Shown here: piece by piece, positions 16,901 to 27,500 of the stretch
Layout: each line of letters opens with the position of its first letter
How positions within the stretch are numbered: the stretch's first letter is position 1
Origin: a virus
Taxonomy: Duplodnaviria; Caudoviricetes
IMG/VR virus record: IMGVR_UViG_3300015050_000931
Span: 4,135 to 68,134 of that record
DNA length: 64,000 nucleotides
Direction: 5' to 3' (one strand)
The notes under the pieces: generated by a model
What the model was told of the DNA's origin: nothing
The model's database searches: none
Seen by the model: only the letters and a program-made list of their open reading frames with translations
Made by a program: the position numbers and the translations under genes

Positions 16901-19900
16901 TTGCAGCTTCATCATACTTAATACCTACCTCTGCAAACTTTTTAGTAAATTCTAATTTTTCTTCGGGAGTTTTAGCTTCTGCTTCCATCTTAGCCAAACG
17001 GTTAAGGCTTTCAGCATATATTAAAGAATTTACGTCACCGTCAAACTTCTGTGCTTCTGCCAACAGAACTGCATCCTCAATACCGTATTCATCAATAACT
17101 GATTTAGCCACTTCTTCGGCTTCTTTTTGGCTTTTAGTGTCATATTTCAAACCTTTCTCCCTAAAACCTATTTTTGATGCTTCGGGTACATTTTTAGCAC
17201 TTTCTAAATGATTTAATACTCCTTTATCATTCAGCCTATCTTTACCCTTACCTTCCCCTACTGGCTCTGTTGGTTCTTTTGGAGGTTCTTTTTTGCCGCC
17301 TTCTGCTTTAGATGTAGGCTCACTAACCATAGGTTCTGCTGCGCTCTTTTCTTCTGCGGACTTGGTATTGCTGGTAACTTTGGCTTCTTCATTTTTTTGT
17401 TTTTGTATAGGCTCTACTACCTCTTTCTTTTTATTTTTTGATTCTATTAATCCATTTTCGTTAAATTCAAATCCTTTAGGGGCAAACATATTTTCATTTG
17501 CAAAATCAACTTCATCTTTGGTTAACGGGGTATTCCTATCCAGTTTTTCATCAATCGTTGCCTGTATAATTTCTTCATTGGTTAACCCGTATTCCTGTTG
17601 CAATTCTTTTTGCCTCGCCTCAAAATCGGCATTTATCTTTTCAGTTTCAGCCCTACTTTTTTCTTTATTCTCTTTGGATAAGTTAGCTAATCCATCAACA
17701 ACTTGCGTTCTTAATAATTCATTTTCAGCCGCAAACTTTGCACCTTCTTCTTTAACTGATTCGGGAATAGCCTTTTTAAATGAACCATCCTTTTTAATAT
17801 ACTTAGCTGACCTTTCTACAAAATCCTGATAGCGTTTTTTGAAATCATTTACCTTATCCATAAAACCACCACTTACTTTGCCACCTTCAAAGGCTGGCTC
17901 TACTACCTCTTGTGGTTGTTCTTTGGATAGGGATTGTTCTACTGCTTTTACAAGTTCAGGATTGCTACCATCTTCTTTTGCCTTGTGGTATGCTTCTGCA
18001 ATATTTTTTGGGTTAACTTCTTTAATGGCAGAATTGTCTAAAACAATATAGCTTTTTGATTTTCGTTCAATAAATTTCATACCCCCACTGCCGCCCGCTG
18101 GATGATAAGGTTCATAAATAATCCCGTCATATCCTTTCTGCTTTAAAGCATCTGATACTTTCTTTGGTGCTAATCTATCAAGTTTATTCGCAGTTATAGA
18201 AACGGATTGAACATCATCATGCTTATTGCCATCTTTATCATAATTACTTATTGCTCCATATTCCTTTTCTAATTTTAAATCTTTAATTAATTGTTGCACC
18301 CTTTCAAAATCTGCTTCGCCTTTATACCATACGCCTTTCGTTAAGTCAAGCGGGTCTTTCAAATCAATTATTGCAGGGTGGTTTTTGCCTTTATCCCCAC
18401 TATAAAAAGATGCGTAGCCTTCATCGGTAAAATGTGTACCAAAGTCTAACTGCATTTTTGAAGGTCTATCTTTTCCTTCCTTTGGCTTACCAAAAATCAA
18501 TTCCTTATTCTTACTACCATGAAAAGTAACATTGGGCATCTTCTGTAATTCGGTATTACCTTCCAAAGCCTTAGCGGTACTTTCCACATCTTTCAATGGG
18601 TTATCTACTACTACATCACTTACTACAGAAGGAGTTTTTGTTTTTTCAGGTGGAAACATTTCTATTGCCTTATCAACAACTTCTTTACCATATTTTCTTG
18701 TAACTGCATCTAATTGTGGTTCTGGTGCTGATTCGTCTAAAGGCAACCTGTTTCCTTCCCCATCCCTACCCAAACCTAATGCTTGGTCTGCTATCTCTCT
18801 TAATGCTAATTCAGGATTAGATTTAGATGACATAAACTCCATAGCAGGTATCTTACCTTCCAAAGTATTTATTATATCTGCCGGATTTTCTTTTGATACG
18901 ACTACAGCATCGGATTCTTTGGGTGCTATATCCCTACGGTTCATTTCTGTTTTCTCAAATGATTTACGGGTTTCAGCTTCATTGCTTAATGCTTCCAATT
19001 CCGCTTCATAGTCCAATTTCTCCTTTTCGGGCAATTCAATAGCTTTACCTTCCGCATCTTTTTTAGGCTCTAATTTGCGCTCTAAAACTCCTATACGGTC
19101 ATTTAATTGCTTTTCAGTTGGTGGTTCTAAAATTAAACCTCTTGTATGGTCTGCTACCAATGCTGTTTTTTCTGCTGCTGCGGCTTGTCTTGGAGGTAAA
19201 GAACTTTTACCTTTAGTAGCTTCATCCTTAATTACTGTTTGATAAAGGTAATCTGCTTTTTGTTTTTCGCTTAATGATTGAGGTAATGATTGGTAAGCCT
19301 TTTCAGAACTTTCAATTAATGATTTCCTATGGTCATATTCAGCCAGTGTAACTTTGCCTTCTTTCCTCAATCCATCCAATACTGAAATATATTCCTTTGG
19401 TTTTGCTCCAAATTGCAGTAAAGAACTTTTTTGTAATTCTGTTGGCGACTTGTATCCTGTCTGCCCTAATCCAACACCCATAATACCAAAGTTACCTATA
19501 CCTATTAATGACTGCTTAAAGTTTTGTTCCCTGTCAATTTCAGTATCATAAATCTCTGCCTTTGCTTCATTAGCTAAGTTCATAGCTACTTCAAATTCTG
19601 CCCCTGTTTTTAAGCCGCCTGCAAATTGTTTAGGTATTGCTTTAGCCCTGTCAACAAACGCCTGCTTCATTCCCTTTAATCCTTTTGGAACTCCTTTATC
19701 CAATACTTTTTGAATAGCATCGTCTGACATGGATAGGATAAGTTTTCCTGCGCTTGTCTTAGGGTTAAGCATGGCTTTTATCTTCTCTGGTGTACTTGCA
19801 CCTGCCATAGCCAAAGAACTTATTGCAGTCATGCCCATAGCTTCTTTGTATGCTTCACTTTGAGATTTACCACTTAATAAAGCACTTGCATATTCATCGT

Positions 19901-21740
19901 GAAAACTTGTGGCTGCTGCTGCTGTAAATGTTGATACGAATTTCCTTGCTGCCCCTGCTGTTGCTCCACCACCCGTAGCCGCTTCCAATGCAATAAATGG
20001 AAGCAAAGTAGTACCTAAATCAGATAAGCCATAAAGTATTGAACTTGGATTAAGATTAAACTTGCCGCCTTTTATCGGAACCCTACCAAACTTATCTGTG
20101 TTCTGTTTTAGAAGTTGGTAAACCTTCATTTCTTTTTGGTCATCATTAAGCAAACTATTACCCTTAACTTCATCAATTTGCTTTTGTAATTCCGGCTCAA
20201 TTACCATTGTATCAGTAAGCAAAGATTTGTTCTTATCTGTCTTATGGTATATGCTGTTATCTTCAAGATTCTCTCCCATTATAGACAACTCTCTTAAAGT
20301 ATTACTTGCATCTGACATGAACGGAGTGCTTACCGCTTCCCATATACCTTGTCCTGTATTTTTAATAGCTTTAAATGCTGTACCACCTACATAATTTATC
20401 CCTGATATTTTCTGTCCCATTATTTCCTGTAAGGCATCATCTACCTTATCTTCAATTCTATCAGGGTATTTTGTATCAAGTTCATTTTGCTTTTGGGTAA
20501 GTTCTTCTTGCTTCTTTTCTAATTCAGTAGCCTTTGATAATTGTTCATCAGTTAATCCACCATATTCATTGGCTATCCTTTTCAGATTATTAAGTTCTTC
20601 TGTTACTGAATTTTGTTGTAATCCAATACCTGTTTCTTCTGCTGTCTGCATTAAATGATTATACCCTTTTAAAGCATCTCCTTCTAAGTCTTTGGGATTA
20701 ACTTTTAATCTATCGTATTGTCTTGCCTTTTCGGGTGCTACATCTTCTAAGTACTGAATACCTAACTGTGCATCTTCATTCAGATACTTACTTTCAGGAC
20801 TACCTTCTATTGTTTTTTTGAAATTATTTCTGTACGCACTACCATATACCTTACTTACTTCTACTGCAAAGTTTTCAAGTATCTTATCTCTATTTTCTCC
20901 ACCATAAAGTTTAATATCTTTTGCAAGGGATTGTATGGCTGTACGTTGGTTAGTAAAATCTCCACTACCTGTAAATTCTGGTAATTTATCAACACTATTT
21001 TTTATTCTTTTATAATCTTCGGGAGTAATACTGCCATTATATACATTCTTTAAAATCTCTTGCTCTAACCCATCTCTCCATTTTATATTTGCAAGTTTAC
21101 GTTGGTATAATGGGTTGTTTTCTGACCTATCCCTTAACAATTCAGGTTTTGCAGCTTCTAATACTTCGTCAGGAATATCTTTTGTTTCATCATAAAGTTC
21201 GTCAAGGTCAATACCTGCTATTGCAGCCCTTTCTTTTAAACCTTTCGCTTCTTTTCTTTTATATTCATCAGGAACTTGTGTAAGTAATTGTCCCCCCTTA
21301 CCGCTTGACGGCATAGATACTTCTTTGGTAGCTTCGCTTAACTGCTTATATTGTTGTGAAAGCCTAAACGGGTCTTCAATCGTTTCCCCATTTGGAGTAG
21401 TATATAATTCAATCGTTTGTATTTCTTCTCCACCCACGCCATTGGATTGGGCATTGCCAGCCGCCAAAGAACTTTCCTCGAAATTGATTGAGCCAACTTT
21501 TTTTTTTACATCCGAAGATAACTTACTTTCAAAGTCCTGATAAGTTCCTAATTCAAATTCTTTACCTATATGGTCGTATAGTGCTTTTCTTTTTGTTGGG
21601 TCTTTTAATTTTTTATCAAAATCATCATAAGTACCTAAATCATATTTTTTAGATACAGCATCATATAAAGCCCTCTTTTTGGGAATAGGGTCTTGCTGTT
21701 GTTCCGGCTCTTGTACTTCTATTTCTTCTAATTGTTCCAT
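13980..21740 (-). CDS. giant internal virion/ejection protein (2586 aa) with ART-PolyVal-like domain
   Basis: Size and position after the small ejection genes; FHGS...FGTHFTD..YASFY...IDLKDPL...GYDGIIY...YIVLDNSAIK segment. Confidence 0.7.
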   Translation of the reverse strand: MEQLEEIEVQEPEQQQDPIPKKRALYDAVSKKYDLGTYDDFDKKLKDPTKRKALYDHIGKEFELGTYQDFESKLSSDVKKKVGSINFEESSLAAGNAQSNGVGGEEIQTIELYTTPNGETIEDPFRLSQQYKQLSEATKEVSMPSSGKGGQLLTQVPDEYKRKEAKGLKERAAIAGIDLDELYDETKDIPDEVLEAAKPELLRDRSENNPLYQRKLANIKWRDGLEQEILKNVYNGSITPEDYKRIKNSVDKLPEFTGSGDFTNQRTAIQSLAKDIKLYGGENRDKILENFAVEVSKVYGSAYRNNFKKTIEGSPESKYLNEDAQLGIQYLEDVAPEKARQYDRLKVNPKDLEGDALKGYNHLMQTAEETGIGLQQNSVTEELNNLKRIANEYGGLTDEQLSKATELEKKQEELTQKQNELDTKYPDRIEDKVDDALQEIMGQKISGINYVGGTAFKAIKNTGQGIWEAVSTPFMSDASNTLRELSIMGENLEDNSIYHKTDKNKSLLTDTMVIEPELQKQIDEVKGNSLLNDDQKEMKVYQLLKQNTDKFGRVPIKGGKFNLNPSSILYGLSDLGTTLLPFIALEAATGGGATAGAARKFVSTFTAAAATSFHDEYASALLSGKSQSEAYKEAMGMTAISSLAMAGASTPEKIKAMLNPKTSAGKLILSMSDDAIQKVLDKGVPKGLKGMKQAFVDRAKAIPKQFAGGLKTGAEFEVAMNLANEAKAEIYDTEIDREQNFKQSLIGIGNFGIMGVGLGQTGYKSPTELQKSSLLQFGAKPKEYISVLDGLRKEGKVTLAEYDHRKSLIESSEKAYQSLPQSLSEKQKADYLYQTVIKDEATKGKSSLPPRQAAAAEKTALVADHTRGLILEPPTEKQLNDRIGVLERKLEPKKDAEGKAIELPEKEKLDYEAELEALSNEAETRKSFEKTEMNRRDIAPKESDAVVVSKENPADIINTLEGKIPAMEFMSSKSNPELALREIADQALGLGRDGEGNRLPLDESAPEPQLDAVTRKYGKEVVDKAIEMFPPEKTKTPSVVSDVVVDNPLKDVESTAKALEGNTELQKMPNVTFHGSKNKELIFGKPKEGKDRPSKMQLDFGTHFTDEGYASFYSGDKGKNHPAIIDLKDPLDLTKGVWYKGEADFERVQQLIKDLKLEKEYGAISNYDKDGNKHDDVQSVSITANKLDRLAPKKVSDALKQKGYDGIIYEPYHPAGGSGGMKFIERKSKSYIVLDNSAIKEVNPKNIAEAYHKAKEDGSNPELVKAVEQSLSKEQPQEVVEPAFEGGKVSGGFMDKVNDFKKRYQDFVERSAKYIKKDGSFKKAIPESVKEEGAKFAAENELLRTQVVDGLANLSKENKEKSRAETEKINADFEARQKELQQEYGLTNEEIIQATIDEKLDRNTPLTKDEVDFANENMFAPKGFEFNENGLIESKNKKKEVVEPIQKQKNEEAKVTSNTKSAEEKSAAEPMVSEPTSKAEGGKKEPPKEPTEPVGEGKGKDRLNDKGVLNHLESAKNVPEASKIGFREKGLKYDTKSQKEAEEVAKSVIDEYGIEDAVLLAEAQKFDGDVNSLIYAESLNRLAKMEAEAKTPEEKLEFTKKFAEVGIKYDEAARKGGRFTSAINYFYKKSPLGIAMIENAKRKTEFDEWAKPKEKSWKEFFDEMLKDENFEAEAKEYAKGEMAKERAENRKARIKKVDDAFDAAKSKFQGGAAYSTIIPPQVITAALEGMKKAYHAGEKVAKLVEDAIDYISEKLGHDTWDKEKFRNEWEEKLKDKTEKRKFTDEEIKAKILDRFRKKLKGLNDSQKEDVVRKSFEKIVENGGLDYADFKKIIADITGRSELTAEEVTKLKELVAEANKVDDAAQKARTERTQQSRKEYMAVSLKAAKAQKELTNLLYSKPNIMQRLTSMIQLNTLGVVSLLNNPVYNVWNQTTLRLPVGVVKSGVDKAIQIGSGGKVSPETNIFSAQAQVEFFKKLGLGTKEAFQQFFTGLNRPDYTAKEIQGQQIRPFSSIKDLWKHFVTKEKKLTKGQIIDKALQGSPQGIAAEVVARTLNLGDKPQRFAAEGAQAAAFAKALGLKDIDYDLFIDFPREEAYRAYKAKGLSDADAGKKADYIRDIIIKEGQRSTFQQDNMLNDVLSSAFGQLNKLGVGEGTQQLLKSVTVSPYIKIPSNAYWSYYNLVNPEIAFLQAMIYSGKAYAKRNKGDNSAAKDLNEAKYWFAHGAVGIATRAVVMSLVGQGIINTSNTGDDTKKEREGETAYEQQGTINVDKMWAAINGEDPDKVKNGLNVQLRWFGHWGTMANAIERKNEEMTPEQKEAQADFWDVALGGMEVDALKDLNQGVFGNTSSLLTSIERGDFQSYGVNLINMFANVVHPASLSQISKAQLPYVNKNKGDDFLSELKNSMLTRSSVLRNLTGQYPPSRISIWGEKMPKNDKALQFFGVSKANNDAFARPIYNDAKRTDNIAFFPPAVKPEIKRGDEIVKLPTKEAARLEEFVGQQRKNLIAPYINNMATFDGSNKTYSELSDEEKLKNLEILYKEGFKRGKELFLREYPQYKTPEDFIDKTPEESEIEENNKQLRESIKNR

Positions 21741-23269
21741 CCGGGGATTGTTTGTTTATTTGATTTAGGTGCTTCTTTTTTACTTGCAGGTTGTTCTGCT
21801 TTCTTAGTTGGATTACCATACACAGGCTGTGCTGCTTTAATTGGTTCTGTATTGGCTTTCTTTTGCAGGTTTAAAATACCTTTCTCCCTATCCACTATTC
21901 CATTAGGTGTTTTAATACCTATTATTATACCGTCTTTTACTACTAATGGAACTTTGGCAGGAATAGGGATTTTTCCAGCAGCAAGACTTGTTGATACGTT
22001 TACTGGAATATCTTTTTTACCTACTTCAAATTCCCCACTAAATAAATTACCATCCTTATCAAACACAATACCCTTATCTATTTTACCAGTTACAGAACCA
22101 AATCCACCTTCATTTGGAATCTCAATATATATTGGTGCTACTCCGCCAAACTCATCAAATGAATTTCCACTTGTACCATTTGCTATTTCTTGTCCTTGTT
22201 TATTGGCAGCTATTTTTATTAAACTTCTTTTTAAATTAGCATCTGCCCTTCTATCATATTCTGCATTCGCTGCCTTTTGTTTTACTAAGCCTTCTTCTAC
22301 CCTTCTATCCATTACCGCCCCTATATTTTGTTTAGGAGAACCTTTTACCGTTACTGGTGGATTCTCTAAATGCCTTTTCATAACTGAAAGTGCTTTTGAC
22401 CTACCTAATGGAGATAAAAACATGGATGCAGGTATTTCAGGTTCATTTGGATAAGCATTTTTAAATTCAGGTGAATTTTTTAATTTCTCATAGTTGCTTA
22501 ATATCTGTTCTGCTTCTTGGTCAGTATATGAATGTTGTCTTATAAAATGGTTTGACGCTCTTTCTCCTGTAACTGCATTTGCCAAATTTTGAATCATTTG
22601 GCTTGGTGGATTAATACCTTTAAAGGTGGTAGTTGTAGTGGTTAATTTATCGGGTGATATTTCATCCACAGGCGTACCCCTTACTTCAAATTTACCTTGT
22701 GCTTTACTCCATGCAGGATTAAAGTCTGTACCCCTTCCATCATCTGCAATATTCCCATATAAATCAGACATATCAACTTCAACAGGTTTGCCATCTTCAC
22801 CTATGATTGTTTGTTGGAAATTTTCTAATGGAGTAACCCTTCTTGCTGCAATAAACTCTCTTGCATTTTCTTTGTATCCATAAGGGTTTTTTCTTATTTC
22901 TTTTATTTCAGCTTCTTCATCTTCTTTTTCTTTTATACTTCTTGACGCATGGGCTTGTGCATCTGCCAACTTTCTTTGAACATCTAATTGCTGCTGTATA
23001 TATTCCTGTTGATTTTTAGGTGGCTTTTTTAATAAATTTATTGCTGATTGCTTCCATGTTTGAACTTTATTAGTAAACGTAGGTATATCAATATCCTTCA
23101 TTTTGGACGTATTCTGTCCAACCATACCATCCAATGCCTTCAACTCCTGCTGCTGTCTTTGCTCACGTATCTGTTGCTCACGATAAAGCCTTGCAGCAAT
23201 AGTGTCTATTGTTGATGTGGGTAAAGTTATAATATCCCCATAAGGGGTCTGCCCTGCGTAAACTCCCAT
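21728..23269 (-). CDS. internal virion/ejection protein
   Basis: 513 aa, helical, directly upstream of the giant protein. Confidence 0.55.
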   Translation of the reverse strand: MGVYAGQTPYGDIITLPTSTIDTIAARLYREQQIREQRQQQELKALDGMVGQNTSKMKDIDIPTFTNKVQTWKQSAINLLKKPPKNQQEYIQQQLDVQRKLADAQAHASRSIKEKEDEEAEIKEIRKNPYGYKENAREFIAARRVTPLENFQQTIIGEDGKPVEVDMSDLYGNIADDGRGTDFNPAWSKAQGKFEVRGTPVDEISPDKLTTTTTTFKGINPPSQMIQNLANAVTGERASNHFIRQHSYTDQEAEQILSNYEKLKNSPEFKNAYPNEPEIPASMFLSPLGRSKALSVMKRHLENPPVTVKGSPKQNIGAVMDRRVEEGLVKQKAANAEYDRRADANLKRSLIKIAANKQGQEIANGTSGNSFDEFGGVAPIYIEIPNEGGFGSVTGKIDKGIVFDKDGNLFSGEFEVGKKDIPVNVSTSLAAGKIPIPAKVPLVVKDGIIIGIKTPNGIVDREKGILNLQKKANTEPIKAAQPVYGNPTKKAEQPASKKEAPKSNKQTIPGWNN

Positions 23270-23283
23270 TTTTTAAAATTATA

Positions 23284-23991
23284 TTAAGTTAAATAAACCG
23301 CATTGCCATTGGAATCATAAAGTTGTTGTTGCGTTCCACCACCACTAAATGTAACTCCCCTTGCTCTGCTGCCATTTCCAAAATTATTTGTTGCCCATCC
23401 TGAATTACTTCTTCCACCAGCACCACCCGTAGCTGCCGAACCTGCGAAAGATGCAACTGCTCCTAATCCTGAATTTATTGCATTAGCTTTATTTTGATTA
23501 GCAGAACCTAATAATCCCATATTATAATCAAAATTCCTATCCCACACTTGTCTTACATTTCTATCAAAAATACCTTTTTTCCAATTTGCTACTTGGTTAT
23601 TAACATCCATAGATACCCGTTCATTCTGCCTCCTTGCATTTGCATTTTCAGCATCTAAGTTACCTTGCGCTCTGTTTGCATTATCATCAATGCTTGCCAA
23701 TATACCTAACCCCATACGCCTATCATTGGCACTCTTTAAGGTTTTAGCTTGTTGCCTTTGAATATTTTTCATAGCTAAAGCGTACTGTTCCGAAGGCAAA
23801 CCTGTCTTAGCCCTCAACGATGCTAATTGTTGGTTTTTTATAACTTCCTCTGGGATAGTTTCTACTGGCTTTTCTGCATTAAGTTTAGCTAATGCTTCTT
23901 TAGCTTTTTTCTTTTGACGTGAGGCTGAATAGTAGTTAACACCTGCTGCTGTTACTGCTACTGATGCGCCGATAGCTGCTGCCCAAGACAT
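23284..23991 (-). CDS. internal virion (pilot/ejection) protein
   Basis: MSWAAAIGASVAVTAAG N-terminus; A/G/N/Q-rich. Confidence 0.6.
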   Translation of the reverse strand: MSWAAAIGASVAVTAAGVNYYSASRQKKKAKEALAKLNAEKPVETIPEEVIKNQQLASLRAKTGLPSEQYALAMKNIQRQQAKTLKSANDRRMGLGILASIDDNANRAQGNLDAENANARRQNERVSMDVNNQVANWKKGIFDRNVRQVWDRNFDYNMGLLGSANQNKANAINSGLGAVASFAGSAATGGAGGRSNSGWATNNFGNGSRARGVTFSGGGTQQQLYDSNGNAVYLT

Positions 23992-24002
23992 GATGATTAT
24001 TT

Positions 24003-24533
24003 TTAATTTATAATATTGTTTACTATAACATTGTTCTTTAAAATACCTCCCAACACATAATTTTCGTGTGGTTCTATTATTTGTTCGCCTATTAATTTCA
24101 CTGCTTCTTCTATTGCTTCTTCTGTATCATCTGTTGGTTTTATATCGGTTACATGAATTGTACTCCAAACTAAATCACTTACTACGTATGCTGCCCTTCT
24201 TGTGTTTGGTTTTGTAATACCGATATAAGGTGCTTCTATAAACAAATCATCCCCGTCATCCATTGAAACTAATAAAGAACCTTTTGAAACAATAAAAATA
24301 TGCTCTGTTTTATGAATCAAACTTGTAATAAAAGAACCTGCATAAGCCGTCATTTCTCTAACATAAACCCCTTCTGAAAATATATGCCTTACTGGTGCTT
24401 CTCCTAACCCTATTTCATTTATAATAGTTGCTTCAAATTCATCTATTCTTTTATTCCTTTCGCTTTTATGGTCAATAACTTCATTCATTTTTACAGATTT
24501 CTTGGCTGATTTTCTGACAATAAATAAGGGCAA
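24003..24533 (-). CDS. cupin-like protein
   Basis: HIFSEGVYVREM...LIHKTEHIFIVSKG His motifs. Confidence 0.6.
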   Translation of the reverse strand: MPLFIVRKSAKKSVKMNEVIDHKSERNKRIDEFEATIINEIGLGEAPVRHIFSEGVYVREMTAYAGSFITSLIHKTEHIFIVSKGSLLVSMDDGDDLFIEAPYIGITKPNTRRAAYVVSDLVWSTIHVTDIKPTDDTEEAIEEAVKLIGEQIIEPHENYVLGGILKNNVIVNNIIN

Positions 24534-27500
24534 TATAAAAATACGAAATCATTTCCAAAATACGTCAATTTTATCTGCATCCACTGACCTGACAAATAAT
24601 CCCCATTTAGCAATGCCTCTCTTGAATCTAACATACTGTTAGCATCTCTTAATAAAGCGAAATCAAAGTAGTTTCCCCTTTGCGTTCCATCTTGTTCTAT
24701 TAATGAAGATATTTGCTGCAAACCTGTTTGTTCGTTTATTTCAGAAGTAATAATATCCCCGTTAGCTGGCGAAGTCCATTTTTTGTTTGATTGGTAAGAA
24801 AGTGTATTAAACGTCTTTCTCATTACTTCTTTATTATTAAATACAATGGTAACGCTTGGGTATGTTTGTACTCCAAATCTTTTACCATATTCTGCTGTAT
24901 TATCTCTAACATAAACTTGCCCTGCTTTCCATTCAAAAGTTATATCTTGGGCGCAAACAATCCATTCAGGTAGTTCATCATAAAAAGAACAATACCCTTT
25001 TCTTATTTCATTAAATGAAAAACTTTGGTCAACTATTGATTCATCTCCAAAAGTACCACCCTGACAAAATACAACATACTGTTCTTCAAAATAATCATAG
25101 TACCCAAAAATTATTGACAATGCTCCATTAGGTCTTACATAAGCATCATTATATTTTGTTATGATATTCCTTATCCTGTATTTCCCTAAAAATAATTCGT
25201 TAATTGGAGTTAAGCCATTCAGGTCTTTTCTTATTTGATACCCTCTTACTGAATCAGTAAAATAATAACCAGACTTTGTTTTGGAAAAACTCCCCTTATT
25301 ATCTCCTATTCCATAGTTCCCTGCCAAATACTGAATATTATTTCTTGTAAGTATTTCATCTGTTGTTGTAATTACATTCTCTCCTTTTTGGTCTTGCAAT
25401 ACTTTGGCGTAAATAGCATACCATCCACAACCTCTTTTTTGTAAAACATTTAAAACCTTATTCTCTACACTAAGTAATTTTATATCTCCTTTAGCCAAAT
25501 CAATTTCATCAAAATTAAGTACTGTAAAACGGCTTACTTCATTAATGTTTGTGTTAATAATATTTGGCTTGCCCCACCTTAGTAATATTGGATTATAATT
25601 TCTTGCTGCATCAGGCTGCTCTATAAATGGTCTGCCATCTGAATTTAATGCACTTGAAAAATAATCAGAATAGTTAGCATCAATAACGGGTACGGTGTAT
25701 GGTAATTCTCTTGTTATTTTTATATCGGATGAACTGTACCCTTTTGAATTATGGAAATCACCTTCTGAATATGCAAAAATAAATATCCGCATTGGCCCTG
25801 TCATCTGAAAGGTAGTATCAAATGTAAATGTGTGCGGCCCTTGGTCAATAGGCTGCATGGGTACAAGGTTGGTTATATTAAGGCTACTATCTTGAAGCCA
25901 ATATGCAAAGTTTTCTCCAAAATCATAAAAATTAACCGTTATAGAACCTTTTATTCTGAATGTATAAGTTCCAGTGGTTATGTTTAATATAGCCCTGTCA
26001 ACATTAGAGGTAATATCAAAAGTAGCTAAATCCATGTTAGGGGAACTTCCGGGTGTTATATTCGGGTCTGTGTATGTTGAAGATTCAAAAGTAACTCCCA
26101 TTGTTGTCCTTCCATCTCCTTGTTCATAAGCCTGTACTTGGTAATCGTATTCAGCACCTACATTTATTTGTCTTTCTCTATAATAAAAATCCCCTTTATT
26201 AAATGTAAAGGTAGCTGGCTGCGAAAGGTTAGAAGTTTGGTTTTGTGTCATACCCTGATGATACCTTGTATCTTCTGTTGGATTTCCAATTGTAAACCTT
26301 TCTCCTATTTCATAATATTTATTTAAGCTGTTGGCTACTGATTGTGCAGGTGTATATAATTCTATTTCATAATTAAAAAAATCACTTGTGCCAAAATCAA
26401 AAGTTCCACTTGTTGCAGGTAATGATATTTTTAAATACTGCCCTGTTCTTACTACACCGTTTATAGTAGGCGATAATTCCTGACCTATAATAGTAAAATC
26501 CTGATTTGTATAAACTGTATTAACGCTACCACTTAAAACCTTTATAAACCTAATCCTATCTCCGGGCGAAAAATCGTATGCCAAGAAATTAGAGTTTGGT
26601 TTATTTTTTTCAATAAATGTATTTAAGTTTTCAATACTTATCCATGCAAATTCAGAATCTTTATAAGTACTATCGCTTACCCAATAAAGGAATTTTAGTT
26701 TAGCTAAACTTTTTGTTCTTACTATGGAAAAATAATAAGCATAATCAGGAGGTCTTGTGCTAATAGATAAAAGCAACTGTGTAATATTGGGTACGGTTGC
26801 TGTTTCTGTATAATTAAGTGTTTGAAAAGACAAGTCTTGGTTTGTTATAACCCCCGGTGTTCTTCCTGCTTTATCAAAATAAACAACTCCATAAGCCTCT
26901 TTATCGTTCCAATTATGTGCAAATTCATTTGTAACTGCCAATATTGGTGCTTGCCTTACTACTGTTTGTAAACTTTCCCCTGTTTGTATTACAACTAAAT
27001 TTTCGGTATCTGATGATACAACTGTAAACCCTGCTACAACTGCTGCTGCTGCCAACCCTGTTATTACATTTGCCGTTGTTGCTACTGTGGCTGTAAATGT
27101 AACTGTTTGATTAGTTGTAATAAATGTAAATACATAACCTATGGCTACTGTTCCTATAACTACTAAATGAATATTACCTGTACCAAAAGCACTATCACCT
27201 GATTGATTCCCAACAAAAATATATGGTAACTGTGTATCTATTCTTGGTATGGCAGAAGGTGTTACTGTGGCTGTAATTGAAGATAAATCAAACCCTTCTG
27301 TAATAGCACCATATATCGGAACATTACCATTAAGCATTTCCAAAGAATCAGCTTCCAATGGAACTAAATCAAATAACTGTATAGCATCCTCTGGGTCAAT
27401 TTCTGTATATGCTTGGTCATTATAAAATACAAAAGTAGCAATATCATTATCGCTTAAACTTAAATCTGATTTGTTAATTGTTTGTATAAGAAATGGGTCT

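Noticed and set aside
14185-22883. Long + strand ORFs antisense to the virion genes (e.g. 17293..17829, 21732..22454)
   Set aside because: Shadow ORFs: S/F/L-rich mirror composition, fully overlapping well-supported - strand genes.
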